Assembly (NCBI RefSeq): GCF_004010195.1
Contig: NC_057719.1
Span: 8,304,224-8,353,123, forward strand
Length of the DNA stretch: 48,900 bases
Direction of reading: 5' to 3'
DNA from: Chiloscyllium plagiosum
Taxonomy: Eukaryota
In this document: positions 1 through 10,623 of the stretch, piece by piece
How positions within the stretch are numbered: position 1 is the stretch's first letter
Layout of the letters: the number at the start of each line of letters is the position of its first letter
The notes under the pieces: model-generated
The model's input: the letters and a program-made list of their open reading frames with translations, nothing else
The model's database searches: none
Told to the model about the DNA's origin: nothing
Program-made: the position numbers and the translations under genes

Positions 1-350
1 TCTTACTAATGGAAGTATCTTCCTAACATGTACTCTATCCAGGCCATTCAGTATTCTGTATGTTTGAGTTAGATACCCCCTCATCCTTCTAAACTCCATC
101 GAGTATAAATCCAGAGTCCTCGAACGTTCCACATACATTAAGCTTTTCATTCCTGGGACCATTCTTGTGAACCTCCTCTGAACTCACTCCACGGCCAGTA
201 CATCCTTCCTGAGATATGGGGCCCAAAACTGCACACAATATTCCAAATGTGGTCTGACCAGAGCCTTATAGAGCTTCAGAAGTACATCCCTGCTTTTATA
301 TTCAAATCCTGTCAAAATAAATGCCATCACTGCATTTGCCTTCCTAATTA
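1..350 (-). mobile_element. CR1 (HER1-like) LINE ORF2 3' fragment
   Basis: ORF 184..444 encodes the CR1 C-terminal motif LYKALVRPHLEYCVQFWAPYLRKD; runs off the window edge. Confidence 0.9.
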
Positions 351-1280
351 ATAAGAAACTTGTGAGTCTCTTTAAAATTGGATGGATTGGGTTCCATCTG
401 GTACAATGACTTTGATTACAATATATTTCTTTGTGCATTTGCATTCGGTGATATTTCTGTGGGCTGGTTTCTTCCCTGATGCTGTAAATATTTTCAAGTT
501 AGACTGATTGTTTTTATACTGTGGTCAATGGATAGCTGTTTCCTGCTTACACTGTTATACCAGCCTGCTCTGGTGCTTCTCCAGCCTCCTGCTGGGCTTT
601 ACCTTTGTTACCTACACAGACCTTGAAGTCTGTCTCTCAGTGCTCCTTGCCCCTGCCATGATTGTCCTATTGCATTTCCCCCACTTCGTGAGTCAGGTCC
701 CTGGGCTGACCTGGTAGTTTATCCATAACACTGCCCTGCTGCTGGGCTTCAATTCAAGCTCTTACCATCACTTTGTCTCCCATTCTGTGAGTCTGGGCTC
801 GCCACCACCATGTCATAATGTGAGGTCTAACCTCTAATGCATAAATATTAACGATACCTTTATTAACGATACCTTAAAAAGGACACTCTGTTGCAGAGTT
901 AAGCCCCAGTTCCATGACGAGCTTGTTTCACATCTGCCCCACTCGCTAGCTTTGGTGTTAAAGAACAGATGTTATTTATTTACAATAATCTTCTCATGTC
1001 GTGGCTGTTATTAATGAGATTAGGTTGTTTCCCCAGCTTTACTTGTTTTAATTGGATTCGAGTTTCTGTAGCAGCTAGGGAAAAGTCTCAACCAATGTCC
1101 CTGGAGAATTAATGTAGGCTTCTCAATGGCAAAGGCAGCCAGGTCACTTCCAAGTTACTGCCTCAATAAATAGTTCCTGATAATTATAATCTCTCAGTTC
1201 AGGTACTTCAGCGCAACGTATACTTCCTCAAGACAACCATGCATGGCCTCCAAACACATTTCTACGCATAGACATAGACA

Positions 1281-1462
1281 GGATGCTTTGGTTTCTTCCC
1301 ACAGTCCAAAGATGTGCAGATTAGGTAAATTGGCCATGCTAAATTGCCCGTAGTGCTAGGTGCATTAGTCAGAGGGAAGCAGGTCTGGGTGGATTACTTT
1401 TCGGAGGGTTGATGTGGACTGGTTGGACCAAAGGGCCTGTTTCCACACTGTAGGAAATCTAA
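1281..1462 (+). mobile_element. HE1-type V-SINE, 3' half
   Basis: V-domain end (TTCCCACAGTCCAAAGATGTGCAG..TAGGT..ATTGG) and CR1-derived tail GGGCCTGTTTCCACACTGTA..ATCTAA. Confidence 0.85.
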
Positions 1463-2224
1463 TATATCTTGATGGAAATCCACACTTTTTCAGATGTCTT
1501 CATAACATATTTATATAATGACATAAGAATGAGGAACAGGAGGAGGCCGTTCAGCCCCTCAAGCCTGCTCTACCATTTAATACAATCACGGCTATTCTCA
1601 TCTCAGACTCAGCTCCATTTACTTCCCAGTCTCTGTAACATTTTAACCCATTACTAATTGAGAATCCGTCTATTTCCTCCTTAAATTTACTTAGTGTCCT
1701 AATGTCCACCACACACTGTGACAGTGTGATATCTTGACCATTTCAGAGAAGCAATGCCTCCAAACATTCAATCCCTTCATCACCGATGCTCAGTAGTGTG
1801 TCCTATCTACAAGATGTACTGCATAAATTCATCAAAGATCCTCAGACAGCATGTTCTAAACTCACAAGCACTTCTATCTAGGAAGATAAGGGCAGCAGAC
1901 ACATGGGAACACCATCACCTGCAAGTTCCCCTCCAAGACACCCAATCCCTGCTTTAATTCAACCACTTTTAGTGTAACACTATGACCTCTCATTCTAGAT
2001 TTCCCTAAAACAAGAAACATCTCTGTGTCTACTTGGTCAATCCCCTTTAACACCTAAAGGGTGGCTTAGTGATTAGCACTGCTGCCTCACAGTGCCAGGG
2101 ACCTGAGTTTATTTTCACTGTTGGGCGACTGTCTGTGTGCAGTTTGTACGTTCTCACCGTGTCTGTGTGGGTTTCCTCTGGGTGCTTCAGTTTCCTCCCA
2201 CAGTCCAAAGGTGTGCAGGTAAGG

Positions 2225-3245
2225 TACACCTGCTCACTATCCAAGGGCTTAAATAGTCTCTCCAGGTGAAGCAGCATTTCAGCTGTACCTCCTCCAATCT
2301 TGGGTTTTGTATTCACTCCACTCAATGTGGCCTACTCTACATTTATGCAAGACTGGGCTGACTGCTTTGTGGAACACCTTGGGACTGTGCACAGTCAGGA
2401 CCCCGACCTTCCCGTAGCTGGTCACTTTAACACAGCGTCCTGCTCACATGCTCACATGTCTGTCCGTGGCATGCTGCAGTGTTCCAGTGAAACACAGCGC
2501 AAACTGGAGGAACAACAGCTCATCTTCACATGGAGCACTTTACAACCTTCTGGGCTCAATATTGAATTCAACACCTTCAGATTTGTGGGCGGCACGGTGG
2601 CATGGTTGTTAGCACTGCTGTCTCACAGTGCCAGAGACCCGGGTTCAATTCCTACCTCGAGCGACCCTCTGTGTGGAGTTTGCATGTTCTCCCCATGTCT
2701 GCGTGGGTTTCCTCCGGGTGCTCTGGCTTTCTCCCACAATCCAAAAAAAAAATGTGTAGGTTAGGTTGATTGGCTACACTAAATTGCCCATAGTGTTAGG
2801 GGAATGGATCTGGGTGGGTCGGTGTGGACTTGTTGGGCCGAAGGGCCTGTTTCCACACTGTAAGTAATCTAAATTAAGTTTAGATTGTGAATATACTTCT
2901 ATTCCTTTTCTTTTAGCTTTGCTTGTTAGACTCTCTGTCACCATATCCTCTGTCCCCTAACCCCCTACCCCAGTGGGACTGTCTGTCCTTTCCAGTCTGG
3001 CAGTTAGACATTCCATTGTTCTGCCATTCTCACATTCCGATCACTTAATCTGAACTATCAACATCCTTTCTACCCCAGCACTCCACACCCCCACTATTGC
3101 TTCGATGCTGTCCCCACCACTTCACGTCAGCCATGATGAAGGGTCATCTAGACTCGAAACGTTAGCTTGCTCTCTCTCCAAGGATGCTGCCTGACCTGCT
3201 GTGGTCTCCAGTACAGACTCCAGCATCTGTTGTAATGTGCTTCTA
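2225..3245 (+). mobile_element. Penelope-like element 3' part (GIY-YIG C-terminus plus pseudo-LTR), itself interrupted by an HE1 SINE at about 2586-2815
   Basis: ORF 2300..2764 contains FVEHL..DLPVAGHFN..CSHAHMSVRGMLQC..RKLEEQQLIF..LQPSGLNIEFN, typical of the PLE endonuclease end; hammerhead-like motif at 3133-3163. Confidence 0.85.
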
Positions 3246-3279
3246 CAGGTTAGGGTGGATTGGCCATTCTAAATCACCC

Positions 3280-3658
3280 TTAATGGGCTACCTTGGGATC
3301 CTCTAACCACATGGCATCAACATTGACTTTATCAGTTTCCCCCCACCTCATCCACCTTATCCCAGATCCAATCCTCCAATTTGGCACTGCCCTCTTGAAC
3401 TGTCCTACCCGTCCATCTTCCTTCCCACCTATCTGCTCCAACCTCCTTTCCGACCTATCACTATCACCTCCCACCTTCATCTAGCTATTGCCTTCCCAAC
3501 TACCTTCCCCAGCGCCACCCCCATCCTCCTATTTATCTCTCAGCCCCCTTCCCCTCTCCACATTCCTGCTGAAGGGCTTATGCCCAAAACATCGATTCTC
3601 CTGCTCCTCAGATGCTGCCATCCCTGCTGTGCTTTTCCAGCGCCACATCTTTTGATCT
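3280..3658 (+). mobile_element. Penelope-like element 3' end/pseudo-LTR (family A)
   Basis: C-rich tract similar to 21640-21960; degenerate hammerhead 3566-3593; 10-bp TSD TAAATCACCC. Confidence 0.8.
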
Positions 3659-4384
3659 TAAATCACCCCACAGTGTCCAGGCTAGGTGGGTTAGCCAAGA
3701 GGAAAATGCAGGGTTACAGGGTGGGGCTGGATGGAATGCTCTTCGGAGGGTTGGTGTAGACTTGAAGGGCTGAACGGCCTGCTTCCGCATGACTGAATTC
3801 TTTGATCCTATGATCTTATATACCTCAATTCGATCTCCTCTCAATCTTCTAAACTCTGGCAAGTACAGGCCTGAAATGTTCAATCCTTCTTAAGATAAAC
3901 CCATCATCTCCGGAATCAATCCAGTGACTCTATACAATGGCTCCCTCAAGTAAAGGGACCAAAACTATATGCAGCGTCCCAGATACAATCTTACCAATGC
4001 CTTGTACAAATGCAACAATGCTTTGCCATTTTCATAGTCCATTCCTTTACTTGCCCTCCTTTGTTTTGCAAACGGAAAGCCCCCACAAATAGCAATGTGA
4101 TAATGACCTGATGAGCTGGTTTGTGTGAAGCTGGCTTTGATTTCACATTTAGATTTTATTGTCATGTGTACAGAAGTACAGGTGTACAGTGAAAACTGTA
4201 TAATGTCATCACACAAAGCACCATCTGATGTATAAAGGTACCCATGTACAACAAACTTTGGTAACTGGAGGGGGAGGTTTGTGAGGACATTTGGTACAAT
4301 TCAGCTCCCCAGGGACTATACCCCAGTGGCATTCAATAGAGACAGGGAGGTGATTCGTGAGGAAGGGATAGGTTTTGTAAGAGA

Positions 4385-4598
4385 CAAAAAAAAACTGCGG
4401 ATACTGGAATCCAAAGTAGACAAGCAGGAGGCTGGAAGACAACAGCAAGCCAGGCAGGAGATGGAGAAGTTAACGTTTTGGGTATTAACCTTTCTTCTGG
4501 ATGGTGGGACTAGATTGGTTTGGGTTATCTGGTCAACATGGACGTGTTCGACCGAAGGGTCTGTTTCCGTGCTGTACATCTATATGACTCTATGACTC
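4385..4598. mobile_element. PLE pseudo-LTR remnant (-, about 4385-4500) adjoining a CR1 tail (+, about 4501-4598)
   Basis: Minus strand reads CAGAAGA-AAGGT..ACCC-AAAACGTT (decayed hammerhead); plus strand ends in GAAGGGTCTGTTTCCGTGCTGTAC and (CTATGACT)n. Confidence 0.65.
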
Positions 4599-4699
4599 CA
4601 TGTCTCACTTGTTTATCGACTGTCTCTACTTGCTGACCCACACTGGGTCCTGGTCCAGCGCTGTTTCAAATGTCGTATTTTTTTCAAATCCTTTGATGG

Positions 4700-5032
4700 C
4701 CCAAGATCGATCCAGCCCTACAATCCTCTGGAATTTCAGCATCCTTTTAATATTGGCTGTTGAGCATCCTGGATTTTCATTCCTCTACTCTGGAGACCTT
4801 ATCTTGACTTTCCTGTGCTCTGGGCTCCGAAACTCCCTCCCTTAAACCTCTCCACCCCTTTACCTTTCTCCCTTGAAGGCACACCTTAACAATTCTCTTT
4901 TTGACTGAACCTTTGGCCACCCATCCCAACATTGTGCGCAGCCCCGTAGTAGATTTTGCTCATTGGATATTCCCGCGAAGTGTGTCTGGGCATGTTTGAT
5001 TTGGTTACCGGCGCTTCACAAATGCAAGTTAT
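4700..5032 (+). mobile_element. Old L2-like LINE 3' end
   Basis: AACTCCCTCCC..AAACCTCTCCAC.. and terminal GGCGCT..ACAAATGCAAGTT resemble L2 tails. Confidence 0.5.
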
Positions 5033-5207
5033 TCACAGATCTGTTTGACCCAAAAAAAGTTGCTCATCGATATTTTGACAAAAAGAATATTTCAGTAGAC
5101 AGAAACTTCTTTTTGTCTCGAAAATGGATTTCCTCGCTGTGCTTGTGTGACAGAATTAAAAGGCTTTGAAGACGCAGAGGCTGAGTGACGCTGAGACAGG
5201 CCAGAGT

Positions 5208-5223
5208 TGTTACCATGGTAACA
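5208..5223. promoter_or_regulatory. Palindromic RFX X-box (TGTTACCATGGTAACA)
   Basis: Perfect 16-bp palindrome matching the RFX consensus GTNRCC-N(0-3)-RGYAAC, in apparently unique, locally CpG-retaining sequence. Confidence 0.6.
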
Positions 5224-5309
5224 GGAACTACGGCTGCATGGACTCAGCTGCCAGAACGTCACGATTCTGGAAGACTGCAAATTGTGGGTCATTGTAGTTA
5301 TGGGGGTTG

Positions 5310-5640
5310 GAGGGCAAAGGCCTAGTGGTATTATTGCTAGACCTTTCATCTGGAAGCTGGACCTGATTTGAGTCCTGTCATGGCACAGAATGGAATTCAA
5401 TTTGATTTAAAAAATAATCTGGAATTAAGAGCCAACTGATGACCATGAAACCCTTGTTGATTGTCATACAAGCTCGTCCGGCTCATTAATGTCCTTCAGG
5501 GAAGGAAATCCGGCCTACGTGTGACTCCAGACCCACAGCAATGTAGGTGACTCTCAACTGCCCTCTGGACAATTATTGATGGACTCTAAATGCTGATTCT
5601 GCCAGACTCCTCACATCCCACGAATGAATTAAAAATAAAA
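5310..5640 (+). mobile_element. Second SINE family sharing its tail with the second LINE family
   Basis: A-box-like GGCCTAGTGG head; core TAATGTCCTTCAGGGAAGGAAAT..GTGACTCCAGACCCACAGCAATG recurs at about 17950-18035 and 24170-24250; tail AAATGCTG..CACATCCCACGAATGAAT-A-rich. Confidence 0.7.
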
Positions 5641-6138
5641 CTCTTAAACGCAGAGGAAATCAGGAGCACAGGGTCAAGATGGGGTGGGTGCATGGGTAGA
5701 GGGCAAGTTAACCCAGTATTTCCTTTTCAATCCTCACTCCTTTTCATCCGAGGCTACTTGCCTGTGCTGTAATTCTTGTCCTGTCCACACCTCTCATGAG
5801 TGCATTACACGATACATTGGATAATGGTTCTCTTCAAGCCAAGCCAATCAGCTTAAACTTGTGTCTCTGATTCTCAAATCTCCCCTTGATTTCTGCTGAG
5901 GTGGAAATAGTTAAAGCTGACCGTGGTATGCTATCAAGACAGGATAGATCATCACAGGAAGTGAAGCATTATCACATGATCTGGCTATTTCACAGGAAGG
6001 TCTTCCTTAAGTTTACCCTTACCTCAGTAGATATTCATCAGCAGTACAAGGCTGAGAATATTAGGGGCTCTAGTGCCTTAAACTTGGAGCCAGGAGGTCT
6101 GGGTTGAAGTGCCACTGGCTCTAGAGATGTGTCACAAT

Positions 6139-6467
6139 TAGCGAGTTTTGAGAAAATTTGTAGCTCAGGTTGAGGTTCTGAATGTAGGTTTGCTCGCTGA
6201 GCTGGAAGGTTCGTTTTCAGAGGTTTTGTCACCATACTAGGTAACATCTTCAGTGAGTCTCCGAATGAAGCACTAGTGATGTAGCCCGCTTTCTATCTAT
6301 ATGTTTGAATTTCCTTGGGTTGGTGATGTCATTTCCTGTAGTGACATAATTTCCGATGGTGATGTCATTTTCTGTTCTTCATCCGGAGGCTCACTGAAGA
6401 TGTTACCTAATATGGTGACAAAATGTCTGAAAATGAACCTTCCAGCTCAGCGAGCAAACCTACATCC
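6139..6467. mobile_element. Non-coding PLE mini-element with inverted pseudo-LTRs (family B)
   Basis: 89-bp inverted arms 6182-6270/6377-6465 (6 mismatches); 12-bp TSD ATGTGTCACAAT at 6127-6138 and 6468-6479; hammerhead-like motif in each arm. Confidence 0.85.
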
Positions 6468-6735
6468 ATGTGTCACAATATCTCTGAAGAGGCTGATTGC
6501 TAAAAATATTACGAGGATCCCTCAAGATTTTTGAAGACCTCTATCAAACCTCCTCATTTCCAGTCTTTAGCTTTTCCAGTCTATCTGTGCAATAGAATCT
6601 CATTCTTCTGTGCCCTCACTAATGCCTTCTCAGCACACATCATAAACAATACTGGCATGGTGGGGACCAAAATTCCTTTTGGTGATGATTTCGAAAGTAC
6701 CATAAAAGCAGATACAACAGCAACATTTAGAATGA

Positions 6736-7074
6736 GAATCCCTATAGTGTGGAAACAGGCCTTTTGGCCCAACAAGCTCACACTGCCCTCCAAAGAGTAA
6801 CCCACCCAGACCCATTCCTCTACTTAATATATTTACACTATCTAATGCATCTAACCTACACATCCCTGAACACTATGGGCAACTTAACATGGCCAATTCA
6901 CCTAACGTGCATATCTTTGGACTGTGGGAGGAAACCAGAGCACCCTAAGGAAACCCACACAGGCACGGGGAGAATGTGCAAACTCCACATTGACAGTAAC
7001 CTGAGGCTGGAATCGAACATGGAACCCTGGTGCTGTGAGGCAGCAGTGCTAGCCACTGAGCTCCCATGTTGCCC
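6736..7074 (-). mobile_element. HE1 V-SINE, near full length
   Basis: Reverse complement of tRNA-like head, V-domain and CR1-type tail. Confidence 0.9.
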
Positions 7075-7969
7075 CAAACAGACCCATGAATAGGCACAGA
7101 ATAGAGAGGTATGGATCATGTGCAGGTAGACATGGTGGGCTGAAGGGCCTGTTCCAATGTTGTACTATTCTAATTTAATTTATGCCCATAGTCTCATACA
7201 GCGTGACTTGCCTGGACCGATCTTTGATATTCTCCATCATCCTCAGGGAAGTGAGTGAGAAAGGAACTCCGAAACTTTCCCTACCTTTGACGATATCTCT
7301 CTGATGTGAAATCCACCCAGAGGGAAAAACCAACAAAAAAATCCAAAAGCCCATGACATTAGAAATGTGGTCGCACCCAGTGCTCCATTTGAAGTGTACA
7401 AGACTAATCAGGCCAGTATGTTTGCAGGTTTTGGGGATTTCTTATGGAGTTAGAACACAGCTCTGTGGTTGTAACATTTCTGGAGGCCTGGATTAATCTT
7501 GGAAGGAATATAAGGTAGAATCTCAATCTCTGAGATGGTTGAATCACATTTCGCAATAAATCGGTGAACATTATGATGATACGGATGCTTTGATGTAACT
7601 TGTTTGCTCACAGCCTCTACCAGGAAAGAGTACTGTCATCATTGTTCAGCCAGGTTTATATCCAATCCCTGACTTCTTAAAGTGCCTGAGTAAGTCAGAT
7701 CAAACTGCGCGATTTTTTAGAAACAATTAGTTCCTGGCTTGCATGCTTCTCAAGGCTATTTCCAAGTCAGTTTAATGTTGAAATATTGCATTGATCCCAG
7801 AAAAACCTTGAAGGAAGCTAGGTCACATCATAATATGTAATGGTCTCATATAACATGTCTCCATTTTACCGTCTGCACATTCAGTTGATAGTCAGTCTGT
7901 TAACCAACTTGTTAGTCAGCCAGTCCACTGTTAATATAACAGTAAAATTAGAATTTAATTTAGCATATA

Positions 7970-8188
7970 CAGGTTGTTCTGCTATAAGTGGCGTTTCGTT
8001 AATTTGAACTCGCTATAAAATGATTGACGAATTGGGCACACTTTTTCTATAGTGCAAACTTTCAAACTGCGTATTAGATTTAATGTGATTCCGGCCCCAT
8101 TAGTTTAAATGGTGCTGCTATTATGTGCTTTTCTTATAACACGGGATTGCACGAGAACAGAACTATGGTGTTACAGCAGAACCGACTG
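7970..8188. mobile_element. Tc1/mariner (pogo/Tigger-like) MITE
   Basis: TA flanks at 7968-7969 and 8189-8190; imperfect 18-bp TIRs CAGGTTGTTCTGCTATAA / TTACAGCAGAACCGACTG (14/18); no ORF. Confidence 0.75.
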
Positions 8189-8387
8189 TAACTCAATCTG
8201 TATATGCAAGTCTGAGATTTTATGTCCGTGTGCATTTTAGTTGTTAATAAAGTTCCAGATTGCTGACTCAGTACAAACCTGTGATATATGTTGAAATAAC
8301 TCTTCAGAGGCTGACATCCCATCACCAAACCCCTTTATTCACAAATGCACAGCTTTCGACAAGAGCACTGCCTCTCACTGAGTCAAA

Positions 8388-8470
8388 GTAAAAAATCACA
8401 CAACACCAGGTTATAGTCCGATAGTTTATTGGAAGCACTAACTTTCAGTGTACTGCTCCTTCATCAGGTA
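8388..8470 (-). mobile_element. PLE pseudo-LTR remnant (family C)
   Basis: Minus strand CTGATGA-AGGAGCAGTACACT-GAAAGTTA at 8439-8467; related to 11000-11092. Confidence 0.7.
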
Positions 8471-8518
8471 GCTACGGGACAGGGTCCAACAATTTAGCTT
8501 GGAGAAAGTGAGGACTGC

Positions 8519-8695
8519 ATGGCCAAATTAGCGTGGCCAACCCATCTAAGCTGCACACCTTCGGACTGTGGGAGGAAACCCATGCAGACAGGGGGAGAAT
8601 GTGCAAAATCCACATAGACACCTGAGGGTGGAATCAAACTCAGGTCCCTAGTGCCGTGAGGCAGCAGTATGAACCACTGAGCCAGCATGCCACCC
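8519..8695 (-). mobile_element. HE1 V-SINE 5' part
   Basis: GGACTGTGGGAGGAAACC..GAGAATGTGCAAA..GTGAGGCAGCAGT..AACCACTGAGCCA. Confidence 0.8.
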
Positions 8696-9059
8696 AATCT
8701 TTGGACCTGAAAGGGTCTGGATTCACATTCCATCTCAGGAGACATTGGGCACAGAGATAGGTCAAAATGCAACTGAGCAGGTTGACTATTGCACAGTGGT
8801 AGCGTCCATACCTCTGAGCCAGAGTTCAAGTCTCTCCTACTCCAGAGGTGTATCATAATGCTCAGAATGGGTTGATTAGAAAATATCTGTAAGAAGTCAC
8901 ACATTTTATTTTTATGTATTCTTTCTTGGTGGGCCAAAAGGCCTGATCCTGTGCTGTATTGAATTGTAAATTCATGAGATGTGGGTCAGGCCTAATCCCT
9001 CATTGCCTTTGAACTGAGTGACTGATTTGACAATTTCGGGTAAAGAAATGTGTCATAGA

Positions 9060-9440
9060 CATAATTGAAACTTACAGAATACTGAATGGCCTGGACAAAG
9101 TGGATGTTGGGAAGATGTTCCGTTGGTCGGAGTGAGTAGGACCCCAGGGCACAGCCTTAGAGTAAAGGGAAGACCATATAGAATGGAGATAAGGAGAAAC
9201 TTCTTCAGCCGGAGAGCGGTGAATCTATGGAACTCGCTGCCACATAAGGCTGTGGAGGCCAGGTCATTGAGTATAGTTAAGACCAAGATAGATAGTTTCA
9301 TGAGTATCAAGGAGATCAAGGGTTACAGGGAGAATGTGGGAGAAAGGGGTTGAGAAACTTGTCAGCCATGATTGAATGGTGGGGCAGACTCGATGGGTTG
9401 AATGGGCTAATTTCTGTTCCTATGTCTTATGGTCTTATGG
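9060..9440 (+). mobile_element. CR1 LINE 3' end
   Basis: ORF 9123..9353 SRTPGHSLRVKGRPYRMEIRRNFFSRRAVNLWNSLP; tail (GTCTTATG)n. Confidence 0.9.
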
Positions 9441-9533
9441 TAAGCCTGAACTTGTAAGGATGGCACAAGTTCCTTCCCTAGAAAACATTCATGAAGCAAA
9501 AGGGTTTTCTTTTTATAACGAAAATTGTTGTAT

Positions 9534-9790
9534 GCCTCAGGCAACTGCTGTGTGGAGTTTGCACATTCTCCCCGTGTTTGTGTGGGTTTCCTCCAGGTGC
9601 TCCAGTTTCCTCCCACAGTGCAAAAATGTGCCGGTTAGGTGAATTGGCCGTGTTAAATTACCCGTAGTGTTAGGTGAAAGGGTAAATGTAGGGGAATGGG
9701 TCTGGGTGGGTTGCTCTTCGGAGGGTTGGTGTGGACTTGTTGGGCCAAAGGGCCTGTTTCCACACTGTAAGTAATCTAATTTATCTAATC
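9534..9790 (+). mobile_element. HE1 V-SINE, 5'-truncated
   Basis: V-domain TGTGGAGTTTGCACATTCTCCCCGTG and tail ..CACACTGTAAGTAATCTAA. Confidence 0.9.
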
Positions 9791-10398
9791 ATGATTCACC
9801 GTCACTGAGATCCACTTTGTTAATTCTAGCTTTATTAATTGAATTTAAATCCCACCACCTGCCATGGTAGGATTTGAACTTGTTTCCTTAAAGCATTAGC
9901 CTAGGCCTCTGGATTACAAACCCAGTGCCATTAGAGGTCCTCAGCTGCCATACTGAGGAGAGAGGTGGTCCACTCAGAGGTTCAATTGACAATATTTTCT
10001 TTACAATTACAGATCCAATTTCCTTATGAGAGTTGTGATAATGAATCTGTTTCCATTACACTTTCTGTCTCTGGAATCCAGATCACAGCAAGTCTCTGTG
10101 TAAATTTAATTTTCTTTCCGGTTCTTTCATTGATTAATCTTAAATCCTCTGGGTTACTGAAACCTCCTGCCACTGGAAAATCATCATCTGATTGTAACCC
10201 CCAACAACAACAATTAACTTACATTTATATAGAGCCTCCCCAAGAGCGTTGTCAAACCAAACATGAAATGAGAGATGTCAGGATAGTTGACCAAAAGTTT
10301 GATCCACTGGGTAAATTATAAGGAGCATCGTAAAGGTGGCAGGGAGGTTAAGGAAAGTAATTTCAGACTCAGACAGTTAATGGTGGATACTCAAGAGG

Positions 10399-10623
10399 AA
10401 AAAGTGGGGACTGCAGATGCTGGAGACCAGAGTTGAGAGTGTGGTGCTGGAAAAGCACAGCCGGTCAGGTAGCATCTGGAGGAGCAGGAGAATTGACGTT
10501 TCGGGCATAAGCCCTTCATCAGCCTCATTCTTGATGAAGGGCTTTTGCCTGAAACGTCGATTCTCCTGCTCCTCCAGATGCTTCCTGACCTGCTGTGCTT
10601 TTCCAGCATCACACTCTCGACCC
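10399..10623. mobile_element. Palindromic PLE mini-element (family A) with a hammerhead motif on each strand
   Basis: Inverted arms about 10434-10521/10532-10619; 15-bp TSD TGGAT(A/T)CTCAAGAGG at 10384-10398 and 10624-10638. Confidence 0.85.
10495..10522 (-). ncRNA. Minimal hammerhead ribozyme core (intact consensus)
   Basis: Minus strand CTGATGA-A-GGGC-TTAT-GCCC-GAAA-CGTC; stem I flanks are diverged; activity untested. Confidence 0.7.

Larger units (their letters stand above)
2058..3790 (+). mobile_element. HE1 V-SINE broken into three parts (2058-2224, 3246-3279, 3659-3790) by two PLE insertions
   Basis: SINE consensus resumes colinearly after each insertion; junction duplications CAGGT(A/T)AGG (2216-2224/3246-3254) and TAAATCACCC (3270-3279/3659-3668). 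Confidence 0.8.
1521..4050 (-). mobile_element. Old CR1 3' end (about 1521-2047 and 3800-4050) split by nested insertions
   Basis: CR1 tail at 1521-1730; RRLRGDRIEVYKI and LLHLYKALVRLYL motifs in ORFs 3608..3883 and 3965..4216; second-family LINE piece at about 1755-1945. Confidence 0.7.

Noticed and set aside
846..875. 15-bp tandem duplication TATTAACGATACCTT x2
   Set aside because: Real, but an ordinary slippage duplication with no further structure
7202..7250. 49-nt candidate exon ending at GTGAGT
   Set aside because: Poor pyrimidine tract and an unrecognisable peptide; such a match is expected by chance
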